DNA of 51,503 nt, counting the filler, from Catajapyx aquilonaris (taxonomy: Eukaryota): the NCBI GenBank assembly GCA_000934665.2. It is 2 parts of 2 records of this genome, joined end to end, with 100 filler letters (N's around TTAATTAATTAA, not from the genome) between each part and the next. Parts side by side here need not be neighbours in the genome. Positions count along the whole stretch, not along the records: positions 1 to 25,705 come from KZ539329.1; positions 25,806 to 51,503 come from JYFJ02005318.1. One strand, 5' to 3'. The notes below the pieces were generated by a model. That model did no database searches. It worked only from the letters and a program-made list of their open reading frames with translations, and was not told where the DNA came from. Below, piece after piece: positions 21,776-35,800 of the stretch. Numbering within the stretch: the first letter of the stretch is position 1; each line of letters opens with the position of its first letter. A program made the translations under genes and the position numbers.

Positions 21776-23199
21776 TCACACCAGCAGAAGTTAAGAATGT
21801 GAACCCACAGTATTAATCAGAACTTTTCCATACAGGAAAATTCATATTCATACCCAATATGCATTATTTTTTTCTTTCAATGTCAAGTGCTAGTGCTGAA
21901 CTGGCATGGGAGGGGGGGGGGGGGAGGAGAGAGAACTACAAAAGTACAAAAATTCAACTGATAAAAATAAACAATACCCATCTCTATTTAAAAAGTAGAT
22001 GCATGTTCATCACAGTGACGCAGGTCAATTCCTGTAGGTCTATGAGGGAAAATCCTCTAGAAACCGAACCCGTTCCGGAATGGGTCTAGATAGCTCCTGG
22101 CTTGCTTTACTAGTCTTCTCGTTATGTAGTCTACAGAAAAGTGAGAGCCACGATAGCAAATGTCGTCCGAGTCGATTAAAACCATTTGATATGCTAAAAA
22201 GCAATATGAAGAATTTAAAATGACCTCAGAAGTTAACGCAAACCTTCATTAATTTTCATTTCAATTTTCATAGCAACAACAAATGATGCCCAATATTTGG
22301 AGTTTCCTAACAAGAGCATTATGGCCCAAGCGTCTTGCAGAGGACCATGAAGGAGGTGCTAGTCACTTGGAGCAAGATCAAGACAAAAGGGGAGGATATA
22401 GAGCATTATACACGATAAGTTGGGTTGGGGAACAATACTGGCCCCCACCAGGGGGGTCACCCTTTATCAGTAGCTGGAAAGGGGGAATATATATGAACTG
22501 TGGAGGTCAAACACCCTGTCAATTCCAGCCAAGTACCTATACTTGTTTTCACACCTACTCAGGTTGTTCTAGTCCTTAGCCCGTGATATCTATGTGAGTA
22601 CACCCTATCTGACCAGGTCAATATGAAACATCAGATAAAGAAAGTGCAGGCGGGAAGGTACCTATGTAAATATCGACACCAATAAACATTCCGTACCCAA
22701 ATGTCCAGTGTTGCACTTTTCCTCCAGTTTACCTATACTGTATGCTGCCAGATATTGGCCGGATCTGTGTCCATCCACCTTCCAACTCTCAAGAAAGGCC
22801 AAGGTCGCACCAGGGGAGGGGGGGAAAAGGAGAAGGAAAGAAGGAAGGACAAAACCAGCAGCACTTGAGTCCGAGTGTCAACTGACCAGCTTTTGCCTCT
22901 TGTCACGCCGCAGAGAACAGAAACAAACCGAGTGCCCTACCGGTTCCACATGAAGCCCCCCACCTCCTACCCCGCCCTCTCCAGACACACCAACGCCTCA
23001 TCTCCTATTTTCACCTGTACTTTCCCACACTCTTTCTCTGATCAGCAGGTAAATTACGCTACCATACCCATACTACACCCAAGGCAATTGCTCCGATTAC
23101 AATCCCACCAATCGCTTATAGCCATCGGAAAAAATAATAATTAAAAAAAAATAAGACGAAGGAGTGAAACTGCACCGCTCAAATTCCCGCCCATTTCCC

Positions 23200-24400
23200 C
23201 CTGCATGCCCACAACAGGTCACTTGCTTTGAAGGTCACTTCCTCAGAACAATGACAAAGAAGCGCGCAAAAGTGCAGTTTTCTTTTTTCGGGGCTGGACA
23301 TCCAGAGATGAAACTCATCAGCACGCAGACACAATTCAGGTCGAGATAACGGTGCAGAAAGAAAAAAAAAAAAAAACGCCACGGACTCCCCAAGATTTCC
23401 GCGGAATATGATGATCCCCTGATTCCGAAGACAAACAGGATCGCTGTCCCTGGTATCAAAATTTCCTCAAAGCAATAACAAGGTCATCCGGAAGCGGTGA
23501 CTGACCCGTCGAGATCCGGTGCTAAGGTCAATTTGGCAACCACCCCTCCCCTCCTCCCCATCAAAAAATCCCTCCGCATTCCAAGTAGGCGAGGTCAACG
23601 TCCAAATTTGGCAACGGCGGGCGAGACTGGAAGGCCGACTCGGGGCACTGACTCTTTAGTGCCCGTGTTGCCTCCTCAGTTCAACCCACTCGTTTTTGCG
23701 CCTTGTCCACCAGGTGAATTCGCCCTCACGCATCATGTGCGTGCAAAACTACCGCGCAGGTACAAGGTCATCCGTTTTCTCGCGAAAAAAAACAAAAACA
23801 AAATCATCCAGCCCGAAAGTGAAAAGTGGAAGATTTCTCGCGGAATTTTAAGCCAGATGCCCCCGATTTTTTTATTATTATTTTTTTGAGTGGGAGGTTG
23901 TGCGATAACCAGAGCGTTGCATGTTGCACATCGGCGCAATATCGATACGTTTCCCAAAAAAAAATTGGGTCAGACACACACCTTTCGCCATCACACACCG
24001 AAGCTTCCAGGCCACAAGTGTGGTGAAACACACGCATAACAATCCAGAAATCAAGCCGAAATACGTGAAAGCGTGTGTCTCATAAGTGCACACCCTGTGC
24101 CGGTACATCAACTCCGCGCAGGAGCCCCGCCCGAAGAAGAAAAAAAAAAACTCCCTCAAGGAGGCGTCGAAAGAGGAAATTGAACCCCAGCTCCGGGAGG
24201 AAGCCCCATCCACGGGGGTCACATCCCCTCCAATCGGCCCCGGGGCAAAACCGGTTCCAGGTCTCCTCCCTAGTCGTTTCCAGGAAATGACGTCACCCCC
24301 AAAAAATGCTGTGCATATCTCAACATACAAACTGATCGATTGCATTATATGTAAGCGGCGAATTGAATGATGCAATTATTATGCAATCTAAGTCCAGTTT
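23200..24400 (-). promoter_or_regulatory. Candidate promoter/enhancer region of yan-like gene
   Basis: CpG-rich and non-coding. Six AGGTCA half-sites (23216, 23232, 23481, 23525, 23592, 23765), two of them with adjacent GGAA ETS cores; DRE TATCGATA at 23940-23947; minus-strand Inr-like TCAGTT at 24335-24330. The TSS is not established. Confidence 0.4.
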
Positions 24401-25705
24401 TTTTTTGCGCCAAAACGTGAATCGCACGGCATTCCGCTGAAACCAGTCGATGGGACGACAATCAAACCGGCTCACTTTCTCATCATGCCGTGCTGGTTTG
24501 CCTTTGCAAAAAATAAAAAATAAAAAGTGGGTGGGAGGAAGAGTTGACTCATCTCTGTATCATATTTATGGTATGTGACACGTACTGTTCGCAATTATTC
24601 GGCAACGTTAACGACTCATTACAATTGGCTCGAGTTGAGAGAATATGTCGCACACCCTACGTCGCGCGGCCAGCCAAAGGAGGGCGCCTAACCAAATATG
24701 CTCTGAAACCATGTCCACTCATCACTTTCTTGACATGGTATGTCTGGCCCAGATTTTTGCATGAAACCACGCTTCTCCAACATTACCCATTTCTCATCTC
24801 TTATATGCCCTCCAAACCGACCCGAAATGGTCACACGGAAATGTCCACCATTAATCCTCCATGTTTGTTTCCGCTCCAATATGGCTCCCATTTATCAGTC
24901 GAGACGCCTGTCCACTCTGTTTTGACCATTGCATAAGTGACCCAATGAGCTGTTGTTTCTGTCCAGTCCACTTTCTCCCACGCCTTGCAATCCTCACCTT
25001 ATTTCCCCCCACTCCTCCCCCCNCCTTTCCCGAATCAAGACTGGTCCATGAAGCAACCGAATCTCATCTCTCCCCCACATCCAACACCCCCCACTCCATC
25101 GTTGGCCAACTCAAGCGAGGAGAAAGTGACCCCATGAGGTCAACTACTTCCTGGCGCAATGAAAAAGGCCGGCACACTTGCATTTGCCATCAAGTGTGTT
25201 TGTAAAACTGGCCCGCATGACGTAACCGAATATAAGTCAGCTGGACCAGTGTGAAATCGCGAAAAAAAAATCATTGTGTAACCATCGCTCAGGGGTAAGA
25301 ATCTAATGACGTTGCAAAGTGAGTGTATGTGGCCTCTTTGGCATTCCATATACCCCTGTGTATGTGCTTACATTGTAGGTCGGTTGGGCCCAGTTACGTC
25401 ACCAGCTAACACGGCGGGCTTTAAGCCCAGTTTCCCAGGCATCTGGTGTAAGTCAGCGTGGAATAGCTGCAAAATCTGCTTATCCCCGCACATTGCTCTA
25501 TTATTATGCCGCCCGATGAAGTACGAGCATAACTATGCGACAATGGCTGACCTCATTTACCTGTTGTGCTACTCAATGCACTTGCAATGTTTTTGTTCCT
25601 CCCCAGCACAACAAGTATTTAAAAAATGCGGCCAGATACCGCAATACTCGCGAACTTTGTGCCCACGAAGCGCAATTAAGGACATACGCACCTTCCAAAT
25701 TACCC

Positions 25706-25805
25706 NNNNNNNNNNNNNNNNNNNNNNNNNNNNNNNNNNNNNNNNNNNNTTAATTAATTAANNNNNNNNNNNNNNNNNNNNNNNNNNNNNNNNNNNNNNN
25801 NNNNN
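25706..25805. other. Artificial scaffold gap linker (44 N + TTAATTAATTAA + 44 N)
   Basis: Symmetric 100-bp spacer with stop codons in all six frames; an assembly artefact. Confidence 0.9.
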
Positions 25806-28411
25806 TTGCGGTTCTCCCGATCATCTCTTCTCGACCAAAAAGGAAAATAACTGGAATGAAGGTCAGGCACTCGCAGCAGGTCCCAGGCGTAACCATGGAA
25901 CCCCCATAGCAATATATAGTAAGAAAAATCACACAACATGGTTGCAGTAACCCCAGTTGCAATTATAGGGAAAACCAGCAGGGAGCAGAAGTTGATTTCT
26001 GACATTATATGAAACAATGGAAGGATGAGGCTCGGCGGCATTCAAGCGACTGACCTTGACTGCAAGCTTGTGGCCCCCACCCATCGAGACGAAGGAAGTG
26101 ACCTACCTGCCCATACGCCTCAGAGCTGAAACTGTCCAGCGGCAGGGAAAAACCAGACCAGACCTCTGCCCTGCTGCGACTGGCACGATGACCAGTGCAT
26201 TCTTGCTGACAGTTTGTGTCCACCTCCGCCTCCTCATCCACTCGAAAGGTTGGATCACTGTTTGTTCTGTTTTTACTGTTCCAAATGCCTGGCTGATGGC
26301 AGATGAGGTCACTCCATTGGTCACTCCTTCGTCCCACGTCATCTGGCACAGTCTCAAAGGTCACATGGGATGAAATGCCTGTTTGGAACAAAATTAGTGT
26401 TGCCCGAGGGAGACGAAGGCAACAATCGGGATTGATGCTTGTGTAACGGATTGGTAACGGATTTCTTAGAGTGAACAGACACGCCCCCACGGGCGAACCA
26501 ATGGGGTCGCCTGTATGACCGTGCGTCACAGTGAGGTTGCCAGGTGAAATACATAAATGTAATTAACATGTGTATTTTAAAAATGAATTCGACCGATATC
26601 AATTATTTGGTTCTGGCATAATTTATGAACACTAAAGCATTATTTAGAATAGCGTAATAGAAAAATTAAAATCAGCAACCTTGCCACATGGGGACTACTT
26701 TCAAGGCGAGAGACAAAAGAGCATCGGGATCCGTGCCCGCGTAATTTCGAAGCATTGTTCGAATCCAAGGCAACGGTGTTCGAATCTCTTCTTTTCACTT
26801 CTTTTCGGCGCGCATAAGCACCATCGGAATAAGTTGTCCGGCTCTGGCGGAGAGATACCCATGTACATGTTGTCATGGTGCCAAAGTGGTGGGGGAGGGA
26901 GGAGAGAAGTTTGTTTGGGGGCGGGGCCATGGGCCCAGCAGTTCACTCTAAGAAATCCATTGCCCTTTAAACATCAATATTCAGGCTGCCAACAGTGTGG
27001 ATCAGGCAGGACGTTATTGGCACAGGCACAATCATAATAATTTTGATCATTCATTGTAATTACACTGGTAATTACACTCGGATCCATGTCATTGTTTTGC
27101 CCTGGGCATAATTTTGGACATCTGACACAGTTCATTGTCGTAGACGGAATGGCAGAATGTCGTGCGACTTATTCCAGGCCACACAACTTCTTAACCGAGT
27201 AATGTGCGTATAAGGGAAGTATTTCCAATTGCGAGGGCTTTCGACCCTCAATGAGGGTGAATATTATCACCTGCACGGGAATAACAAAGGCAGTGTGCTA
27301 ACTGCTAAGTCAATACATTGTATAGATGACATGACACTCTGAGGATATAATTGAACGCCGAATGCTATCAACAACGTGAATCATGCTTCGGAGCCAATTC
27401 CCTTTTTACGTTACAGGCAAAAGGGGGTTGCCAACAAAAACAACCTTGCATTCCAATATTTTAACTTGATTTTAACATCACATACGCCGCGTCGGGTTTT
27501 TTATCACCACCACCACCAGCACCACCACCATCAATATGATTCTTATTCACATTGCAGGGCACCATCCAAAGTCAGTGCAAATTATTGGCATTATTCACAG
27601 TCGAGTTCACAGATGTGCGGGGTATTATGGAGGAGTGGGGCTACTCATGGCCAACACAGAAGGCTACCCCAGACGACGACGATGCATCGAGACCGAGAGA
27701 TTCCAGAGGCATTTTCCTCGTCCGACGTAATGGCCAATCTAGGACATGTAGACTATATAGGGGAACGCCCCGAGCATCCCAAGCAGGGCGCTGAATGAGC
27801 ATATTTATAATGAATGACCCAGAGACCTTTGACCTTCAGTCGCCATTTATAAATACAAAAGAAACATGTCACCGATACGCACGCATCCCGAATCATCTCT
27901 GAGCCAGCTATAATAACGGGAGGATAATCAACCATGTCTTGTCTCCACTGCTGACCGCATCAATACTGAATGGAACACGTTTTCTTATTTCTCACGGTCT
28001 GTTCTCTCTGGTCCCCTTTGTTTGGAACCCCGTTTCCAAGAGAAAATGGCAGCAAAACTCGGGCCGCATGTTTACAATCAAGGCAGCCAACAGTGCAGGC
28101 CTGACTGCCATCATTTTATTGTCATCATAAACGCAAAATAGCACGCTGAGGAAGTCGCAACGGCAGCGGAGGCGGAATCGCGACCTCGTGAAACAGCCTT
28201 AATCGTGTGACCTTCCGGGAAAATCGCATTCCATTATTAATTTATCTTCAATTCAATCATTCCCGATGTTATCCTCTGCCCATTGGCGGCGGGAAAGCAT
28301 GTGAGAGTATGTTCATGTGCACAAAATACGACGAAATAGACATCAGGGCCGTGGGAAGCACAGGTCAGGTATATTGCTTCCTGCAAAGAACCAATATACA
28401 GTAGTTGTAGT

Positions 28412-28719
28412 CAGTAGGGGTAAGATAACTTATGCATTTTGGGAGGTGGCTTGTGACCATAATTAGCCCCGCCCCATACCTTTCGACCAATCAGGATTCG
28501 ATTTCAAAGGAGATGGGCGTTATGTCATCTAAAACATTAAGTATGAGATGAATTAGTTTACACTATAGCGCAATAATTGGTAACCCAGCAGGGGGGAAAT
28601 ATTTCCCCATCATTGGTTCTAAATTCCATACAAAAAAAACCAGCAGGGGGCGGGGCTAAATATGGTTGCCAAGGACACAAGCCACCTCCCCAAACGCATG
28701 AGTTATCTTACCCCTACTG
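28412..28719. mobile_element. MITE with long imperfect TIRs
   Basis: cagtaggggtaagataacttatgcattttgggaggtggcttgtg / cacaagccacctccccaaacgcatgagttatcttacccctactg, plus an inner pair ttagccccgcccc / ggggcggggctaa. Confidence 0.8.
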
Positions 28720-29052
28720 CAGCATCAGTCTATAAAACCGCAATCTGAATTCAGAATAAATCCCCGCGACAATCAAGCAGAATGTGACTTTATAGTCTGA
28801 AGAAAAAAAATGCCATTTACCCCAAGAAAGTTCCTGATGGCGATGAAACGTGACACACGTAAAGCACACACCATCAGCGATGAAGAATCTAGGGACTGTG
28901 AAGCTGCTTTGTGACCAGGTAATGTCCCAACCCACATTCATTCTGTACAGAGACTTTCTCAGTGGTCTCAGCATGTAATTGACCAAAACTTTGACGGACA
29001 AAGAGAGGTTTGACTTTTAACCATTACAAGCACACCGTATTATTATTATTAG

Positions 29053-29084
<32 letters not shown>

Positions 29085-30299
29085 TTGGAAACGTACGTAT
29101 CTCATTGGTGTTCATGTAACTCGAATATATGCCAACGTTTCGAGAGTGCTGACTCACTCTATTTATGGACGTGTCTGGACTGACACAGCGCGATCATTGT
29201 CACCATCCACTGTGGACACCTGCGGATATCCACCGCGACTAGAATAACACCGTCCTGTCAGGCAGCTTGAATGGAGCAGATCATGAAGCATACAGTATGC
29301 CAGATGAAATAAGGAAAAGTGACCGGGAGGAGAGAACCTCCTCGATCCTAACAGAGCGAGGAGGAAACCTTTGTCTGCAGGGTGGTTGGACGTAATGTCA
29401 TGCAATGCAGGCAAACAGTCCTTGCTGGTTATGATTCGCTGGGCCCCATTTTTGTCTTACCCAGAATGCCAACACCACTGCTTCCAGCCTGAATGGGTCG
29501 TATTACAAGCGTCACACTCGACTAAAGTGCCGCGACTCAATGTGCCCAGTCGTCATAACGCATAACATGGCACGTCTTCCAGGTTACACTGTATGCTACA
29601 CAGCAGTGCCAATGAGCTTAACACGACTCTATTATATTGTTACGTGGAATGTATCGTTAACACTGTTGCTGTGGTTGCAGGGTTTCAAGAATGCGGTGAG
29701 TCAGGAACCGAAGAAGGATGACAGCTGCAGTCAATAATTGGGATGCATCTCATTCTATATCAGTACACCTGCAATAATATTATTGCTCCATGTGAATTTA
29801 TTATTGTAATACCCTCCCTGTATACAATGCAGTTTTTGCAGTAAAACAATCAGCTCAAAGTGGGTAGGCCTATTTTGGATTCATATCCACTGTCAGATGG
29901 GTGCTATAGGTGCAAATGAGCCAATGTGTGTACTCTAAATGCTGCATAACCTATGCTCATGTAAATTACGTAAGCATGTTAAGTCTAGAAGTGTATAAAG
30001 AGCAGCTAGAATCTAGGTCTCCGCTAGCTGGAGTAAGATATCTTACAGAAATTACAAACCTCTTGAGGAATATTGGACATAAATTAGTCCCGTAAAGAAT
30101 CAACCTTCAAGCATCACGCACCCCTTACATCAAATCTCAAAATCAGTCAAATGTGACCATGATCTTCGTGCATTTCAGACCTTCATACGACGGATTTTGC
30201 CATTTACAGTACAACCCATTATTTCGCTCATTGCCATTAGAAGCGTATACTGCACGGTAAACAAGTCACCTGAGAATAAGCAGACGACCAGTGATGACT

Positions 30300-30630
30300 A
30301 CCTTACGTATATAGGCAGTGAATCGGTTACCTTAACTGAACAAGGCAACACTTCTAATCGAGAAGCAACAATAATCACCATCGCCAGACTGATTGCCCTC
30401 AAAGCAACATGCATTACATAACCGAGGGATGCCGGGCAGAACGTTGGGATCAGGGCACGAAGGATCATATTGTGGTAATGTTTCCAACAGATCGAGGAAG
30501 AAGTATTGCGCACCCCGGCAATAACAGGGGCACAATCCAAGTCCAAGGGGCAATCCAAGGGGCAAGTCCAAAAAGTCAATTTCACAGGAGAGCACTTTGA
30601 AAGTTGTGTAGTGTTGGTATATAATGGTAT
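30300..30630 (-). pseudogene. SLC22/MFS transporter-like remnant (TM10-11 region)
   Basis: LIPTF...LRAISLAMVIIVASRL resembles the SLC22 motif ELFPT..R..G.G..S..(A/S)R.G. Confidence 0.4.
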
Positions 30631-32899
30631 CATAAATCAGGTATTGATGCAGCATTCGAATAATCAGAATTATTAATTATTAATTGTTTAAAATCAGAAT
30701 ATGCATTCTGAATGTGCACACGGTCATGGACCCTGCTCTAGTAATAAGTCAAAATCGTGTCATTGTTGGACTTGTGCCCCTGTTATTGCCGGGATGCGAT
30801 TGGTTCATGAGGTCGTGGACACAACAACACAGCGTCCTCCAAACGCCCACGCTTGGAGTGGTAGATTAAGTTTTATTCACCAGTCCACGGACCTATACAC
30901 ACCCAACCACACTTGTTTCCACTCTGATTGCACGTTACACTTCTGCCAACCAATATTGTATTAACAGTATGTTCTCATACAAAGTACTGCATAGTTTATC
31001 TAGCTACTATAATCACACCTGGACGACCCCCGCTTTTATCGAGTTTTTAAATAATAGGAAAACTTGTAGAGTGTCTCTCTTCCACAAGTTCGTGTTAGAC
31101 TTGGATCGCGCTCCTTCCCGTGTCATTCACATAACCGGCCGAGAGGTCACCAGAAGTCTCGCTTCAGATCAAGATGATGAGCGACTGCCTTTCTTTTCTT
31201 TCTGATCCGTTGATTGTCAGGGGGAGAGAAGCTCAGTTAACAACACATATACTGACCATGATTGTAATCATTTGAGATAGACAAGTGCATGCCAATAAGG
31301 GCAAGATTATTATATTCACGCCGTGTCAATGTCAACCCTGCTTGGAAAATGGCCCATCAGCAAAGGGGGCACGAGATTTTACTTGCTTTATGGTTGCTGG
31401 GCGGTCGTACTGTACTACATGTCTACATCACATGAATACTGCGACCAACTACATGTGGAGGCAACTTTACACCAAAGTATATACATCAGTGTCACTCAAT
31501 AAAACTGCATCACACGATACCGAATGCAAAATACAATTAAGCGATTGCGAAGAATAGCTTAAACAGCCTATGCGGCAAACAAATACGGTATGTTTTTCCT
31601 CACGGAAGTCAATGCTGAAGAAGACACACAGCGACATGCCACATCTCCTTCAACACAGTTTTTTTTTTACAATCCCGTAATAGTCGCTGTGAATGAGCAC
31701 AATGTGCGCTCTACAATTTAGTGCATACATTTTGCAAGAGTGACGCGCACAAAAGTGCATCAGATATTTATGAATTACCCAAAGTTGTGGGCAGAGAGCT
31801 CCTAAAAGATCACATTATTTAGAGGTGTCATTTGGTCTCCATAACCTCACTTCACATACTTGTACTATATGTGAAGCAGTAATCACAGAGTAGAGATCAT
31901 ACCGTTGTTTCACCTCCTTGCTTGTGCGTGGGTACAGACCACGCATCAGGCGTAATATTTCCAACGTCTGGCCCACTGCCTGCTACATCAAGTGAGACAG
32001 AAATCAAAATAGAATTTGCATCGTAATTCATACAGCAAGTAAAATATTGAAAAACCAAAGTAGCGTTTGAGTGGAATCATATTATAATCTCGCCATCTCG
32101 GTACCGTGTGCAACGAAACACCTGATATCAAATTAATGATACACAACATGATTCCTTATTCGTGCTGGATTCAGTGAAATATTGCTTTGGGGCCACATAT
32201 CCTGCACATTACAAAGGAAGGACGGACTTTGGACCATGCCACTTCGCGCATAACTATTATATCAGTATTATATTGTCTTATGATCACGAATCTAAGTTAA
32301 TAAACTGTCGCTCCAGACAGTACCTAAATTGACGAGACCAATACTTGACTCATTAACTCATTCTAACAAGAATGGCAGAAGAGACGTTATAATCAGACGG
32401 AATTTTGATTGCCACAGTTTTTTTTTCCTTGCTCAAAAACTGCCTTGCTTGGACACCAAACAATTCAGACAAGACTTCTGTGTCAGGTTTGTACACAATA
32501 TTGCATGGAGCATAAACCAATATCCACACCCCCCATTAACCTGCTATTGGCACTTCTCCTTCAAAGAGTTTCTAATCGCGATCTGAGCCTTGCGATGCCT
32601 TCTAGAAATTCGGAGCTGGACGAAAACCTTGCTCAAAGCTGATAATGTAGCACACAGTTGTTAATGGTTAAATTGATTAAGAGAATTCCCGAACCTGCAC
32701 CGTATTTAACCATTGTTGTTTTCCTATACCGTATTCGATATTTTGAGGGACACTTCCATTATTTTGTGTATTTTACCCTACATAATTATACCGTATATTA
32801 TTACCACTGTCACCAATTTAGTGAACACAACTGAGAGCGCTATAAGGTTCATTTCAAGTCATCATTTATTTGAGCGGTATTTAAAGGCAGATGGTGGGG

Positions 32900-35800
32900 T
32901 AAAAGGGATTGTCAGATTAGGTGGGTTGAGAGGTAGATCTGTACAATTACGACAAGATCAATAACGGATAGGTGACCCCTAACATATGGGGGGCTATGCA
33001 CCTTATCCACGACACCATGTCAGCATAATTATTCTCCCTCGAGTGTCTGGCCAGTCCCTGGGGCGAATCCCGAGGGAAAAAGGCCTCGAATTGATGCGGT
33101 TGATAACTTATATATACGACTGTCAGGATAGGTCGCAATGTACGTATGATGGGATTGAAGTCTGTTCCCGGTCTGTTCCAGGAAGGGGGTGATTACGACG
33201 TTACTCATGGGCAAAGCCCAGCACTATGTAAATCGGCCCATATAACCAAGGAATATGAAAGACTGCAGGGTTTCTAATAACCCTAAGCCGAATGATGGTT
33301 TCTGCTGTATCTAATTATTATTATTCAATTGAAAAATGCAAACCTGCGCGCATACCTGTTAATGCTGTTAATCATTACCTGTTCCAAATCTGTCCTGCGC
33401 CTGTTTCCAACACTTCTCATCGTCATCATCCTCAGGACGCGACAAAACAAGAGTGACAAAATAATGTTGGAAGACCACGTCTCATTTTTATGGCTCCATC
33501 AGAAAACAATATTCGATGCGAACCTGCATTCCCACACCATCCCGTCCAGGAAAATCAGGACCAACTGATTAACTAATCTTGGCCAACATCTCAAGAAACT
33601 ATCTATATGTCGGTATATAGTGAGACTTCAGAACGATACCGCAGGACATCACCTTATCACTTTCCGCGTACAGGATGGCGCAGAAATGACACACATGTCT
33701 CATTCCGACAAGACCTCGATATTGGTATACACTGAAATAATAACCCTTCAATTTTTTTCATTATGCTGGAAACATCTGCTACATAGGGAGCACCTGCACG
33801 ACATGGTGCCACGTATATCATGATGGTAACTATCTCAAGGTTGTGATAGTACTGCTCTTCGAAATGTGTCGGGACAGTTTACTTGGAGGCTCATAAAATA
33901 ATGGCAATAATAATTAGCAATGAACACCGACAAAATGCATCAAGAATAATAACATTAGCGACAGGAAGACGAAGCCAGAAAATTGGGCCAAACCCGTTTT
34001 CAAAGAAGGTAAGAAAAGATAGGCCGCTTTTGCACAAAAATTAGTTGCAAATGGTGAATGCGCACTAAATCTTCTCGGTATTGATGACCTATGTTGTACT
34101 GTACTCTACGTATGGCCTACCACGTGAAATGGCGCAACAATAAGTAAAAATAATTGACTTTGTTATACAAGTACTGTGCCACAGTTATGGCTCACTGCTG
34201 ATACTGTAATATAATAATAAAGAGACCTAAGCACTGAATTTGACAAATGGATGATCAAGTTCCCAGGCACTGTACGTGATTACATTATACTACGATTATA
34301 TTGCGATGTGCATGTAATTTAATAGTACAGTATCAATAATAAAATTACATAATTATATTTCAGTTTTAATATACTCGTATTAAGGCTGAATTTTTGTAAG
34401 AATCAGGTATAAGAATATACTTTCAGGGCTTAGCTTGTGACATTAAGTTAAATCGTAGCACATGGCATGAGACAGGGTTCTTTCAAAAGTAATGCCAACA
34501 ATATATTTTTTTAAAACACAATGAGATAATTTTTGTAATCAACTATATCGTGGACCAGGCCACTGCACTGCTCGGTCAACTATTAGGATTTTCAGGTGAA
34601 ATCTTTTCAATCTAGATTGACGAAAGGTTTATACTCTATGAATGTGTGTCACCATGGAGGTTCCAATTTGATGAAATCTTTGGATTTTTTTTCGTTTGAT
34701 GCCAACATAATACGGTACACGCCTCCATGATGGCCCCAAATCAGATGAACCATCCATGGCATCTCCATGTCGACGAATCTGCCCCACCAGAAGCAGAAGA
34801 GGAACCGGGTCATTCACCACGATTTGTAGGACTTTACTAGACATATCCTTTGTATACTGTATATACGCAAGAGACTGCTACTAGCCTGCAGCTCTATATC
34901 TAATTGAACTGGACATCCATATTATGACAACTTTGAACCTTGTATTACTACCACCGATCCTATTAGATCGAAACTCTCATTGTGCTCCCTTTTTTCTCAA
35001 GGAAGATTTATAATTATACAGTACCATTCTGCAAAGTTTTGCATTTCGACTCTCATACAGTATAGTATCCTATACACGATAATTTACGAGTATTATTCCT
35101 TCCTTGATTATATGAACTGGTTCACTAATTTATTAGTGTGACACAAATGTAGCCATCGAAGGACAGACTAACATAATTCCGATAGGTACGGTCTTAAGAG
35201 ACTATACACACGGATGTGTCAGTGATAAGTAACGCAGGACCACACTACTCCCTGACATTATGAGATGTTCTCGGCCAAAAAGAGCAACGTAACGTACTGA
35301 AGGAAAAAAAACACCAAGGCACCAACACAATATCTCCCAAGAGCAGGCAGCAATAGCAAGAGTCTGCAGGATGATGTTCTGATCAGTTCTGATCACGTAT
35401 GCCGACATTATTTCCTATATATTATTCGCATGTCCTGAGAGAAGAGCATCTTAGGGCTCATTCCGACGAGATTATTTCTGCACCTTTGGAATTTCTTGAT
35501 CCGAAAAAATATCTGGCTAGCCGCAAGTCTGGAAGACCGTCAATGCAACGGAATTATAAGGAGACAAACATATAGCTAAAATTAAGCCACAACATCCTCG
35601 CAAGGACTGATGTCTCAGATGAACCACAAGCATTACTTCCATTCCATTCGAGTCGACTGACGTGTATATATAGGGGAGACCAGGACACAGTGGTTCACTT
35701 TTGGACATTTCAATTTTGATAAGTGTTCCTGTTATATCTATCTATACACACCCAATGTGGTCCGGCATGGTGGAGGTACTCATTGGTAATATAATTATAT

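Noticed and set aside
25750..25761. TTAATTAATTAA palindrome
   Set aside because: It is centred in exactly 44+44 Ns, so it is an artificial linker rather than biology.
26005..26529. 174-aa ORF and overlapping ORFs upstream of yan
   Set aside because: No recognisable domain, splice structure or codon pattern.
26456..26963. Inverted match ggatttcttagagtgaac / gttcactctaagaaatcc
   Set aside because: Probably the ends of degenerate TIR elements; no TSD or coherent element could be defined.
23022..28357. Su(H) sites (YGTGRGAA) at about 23022, 27989 and 28350
   Set aside because: Biologically plausible for yan, but the number is no more than chance for a window this size and they are not paired.
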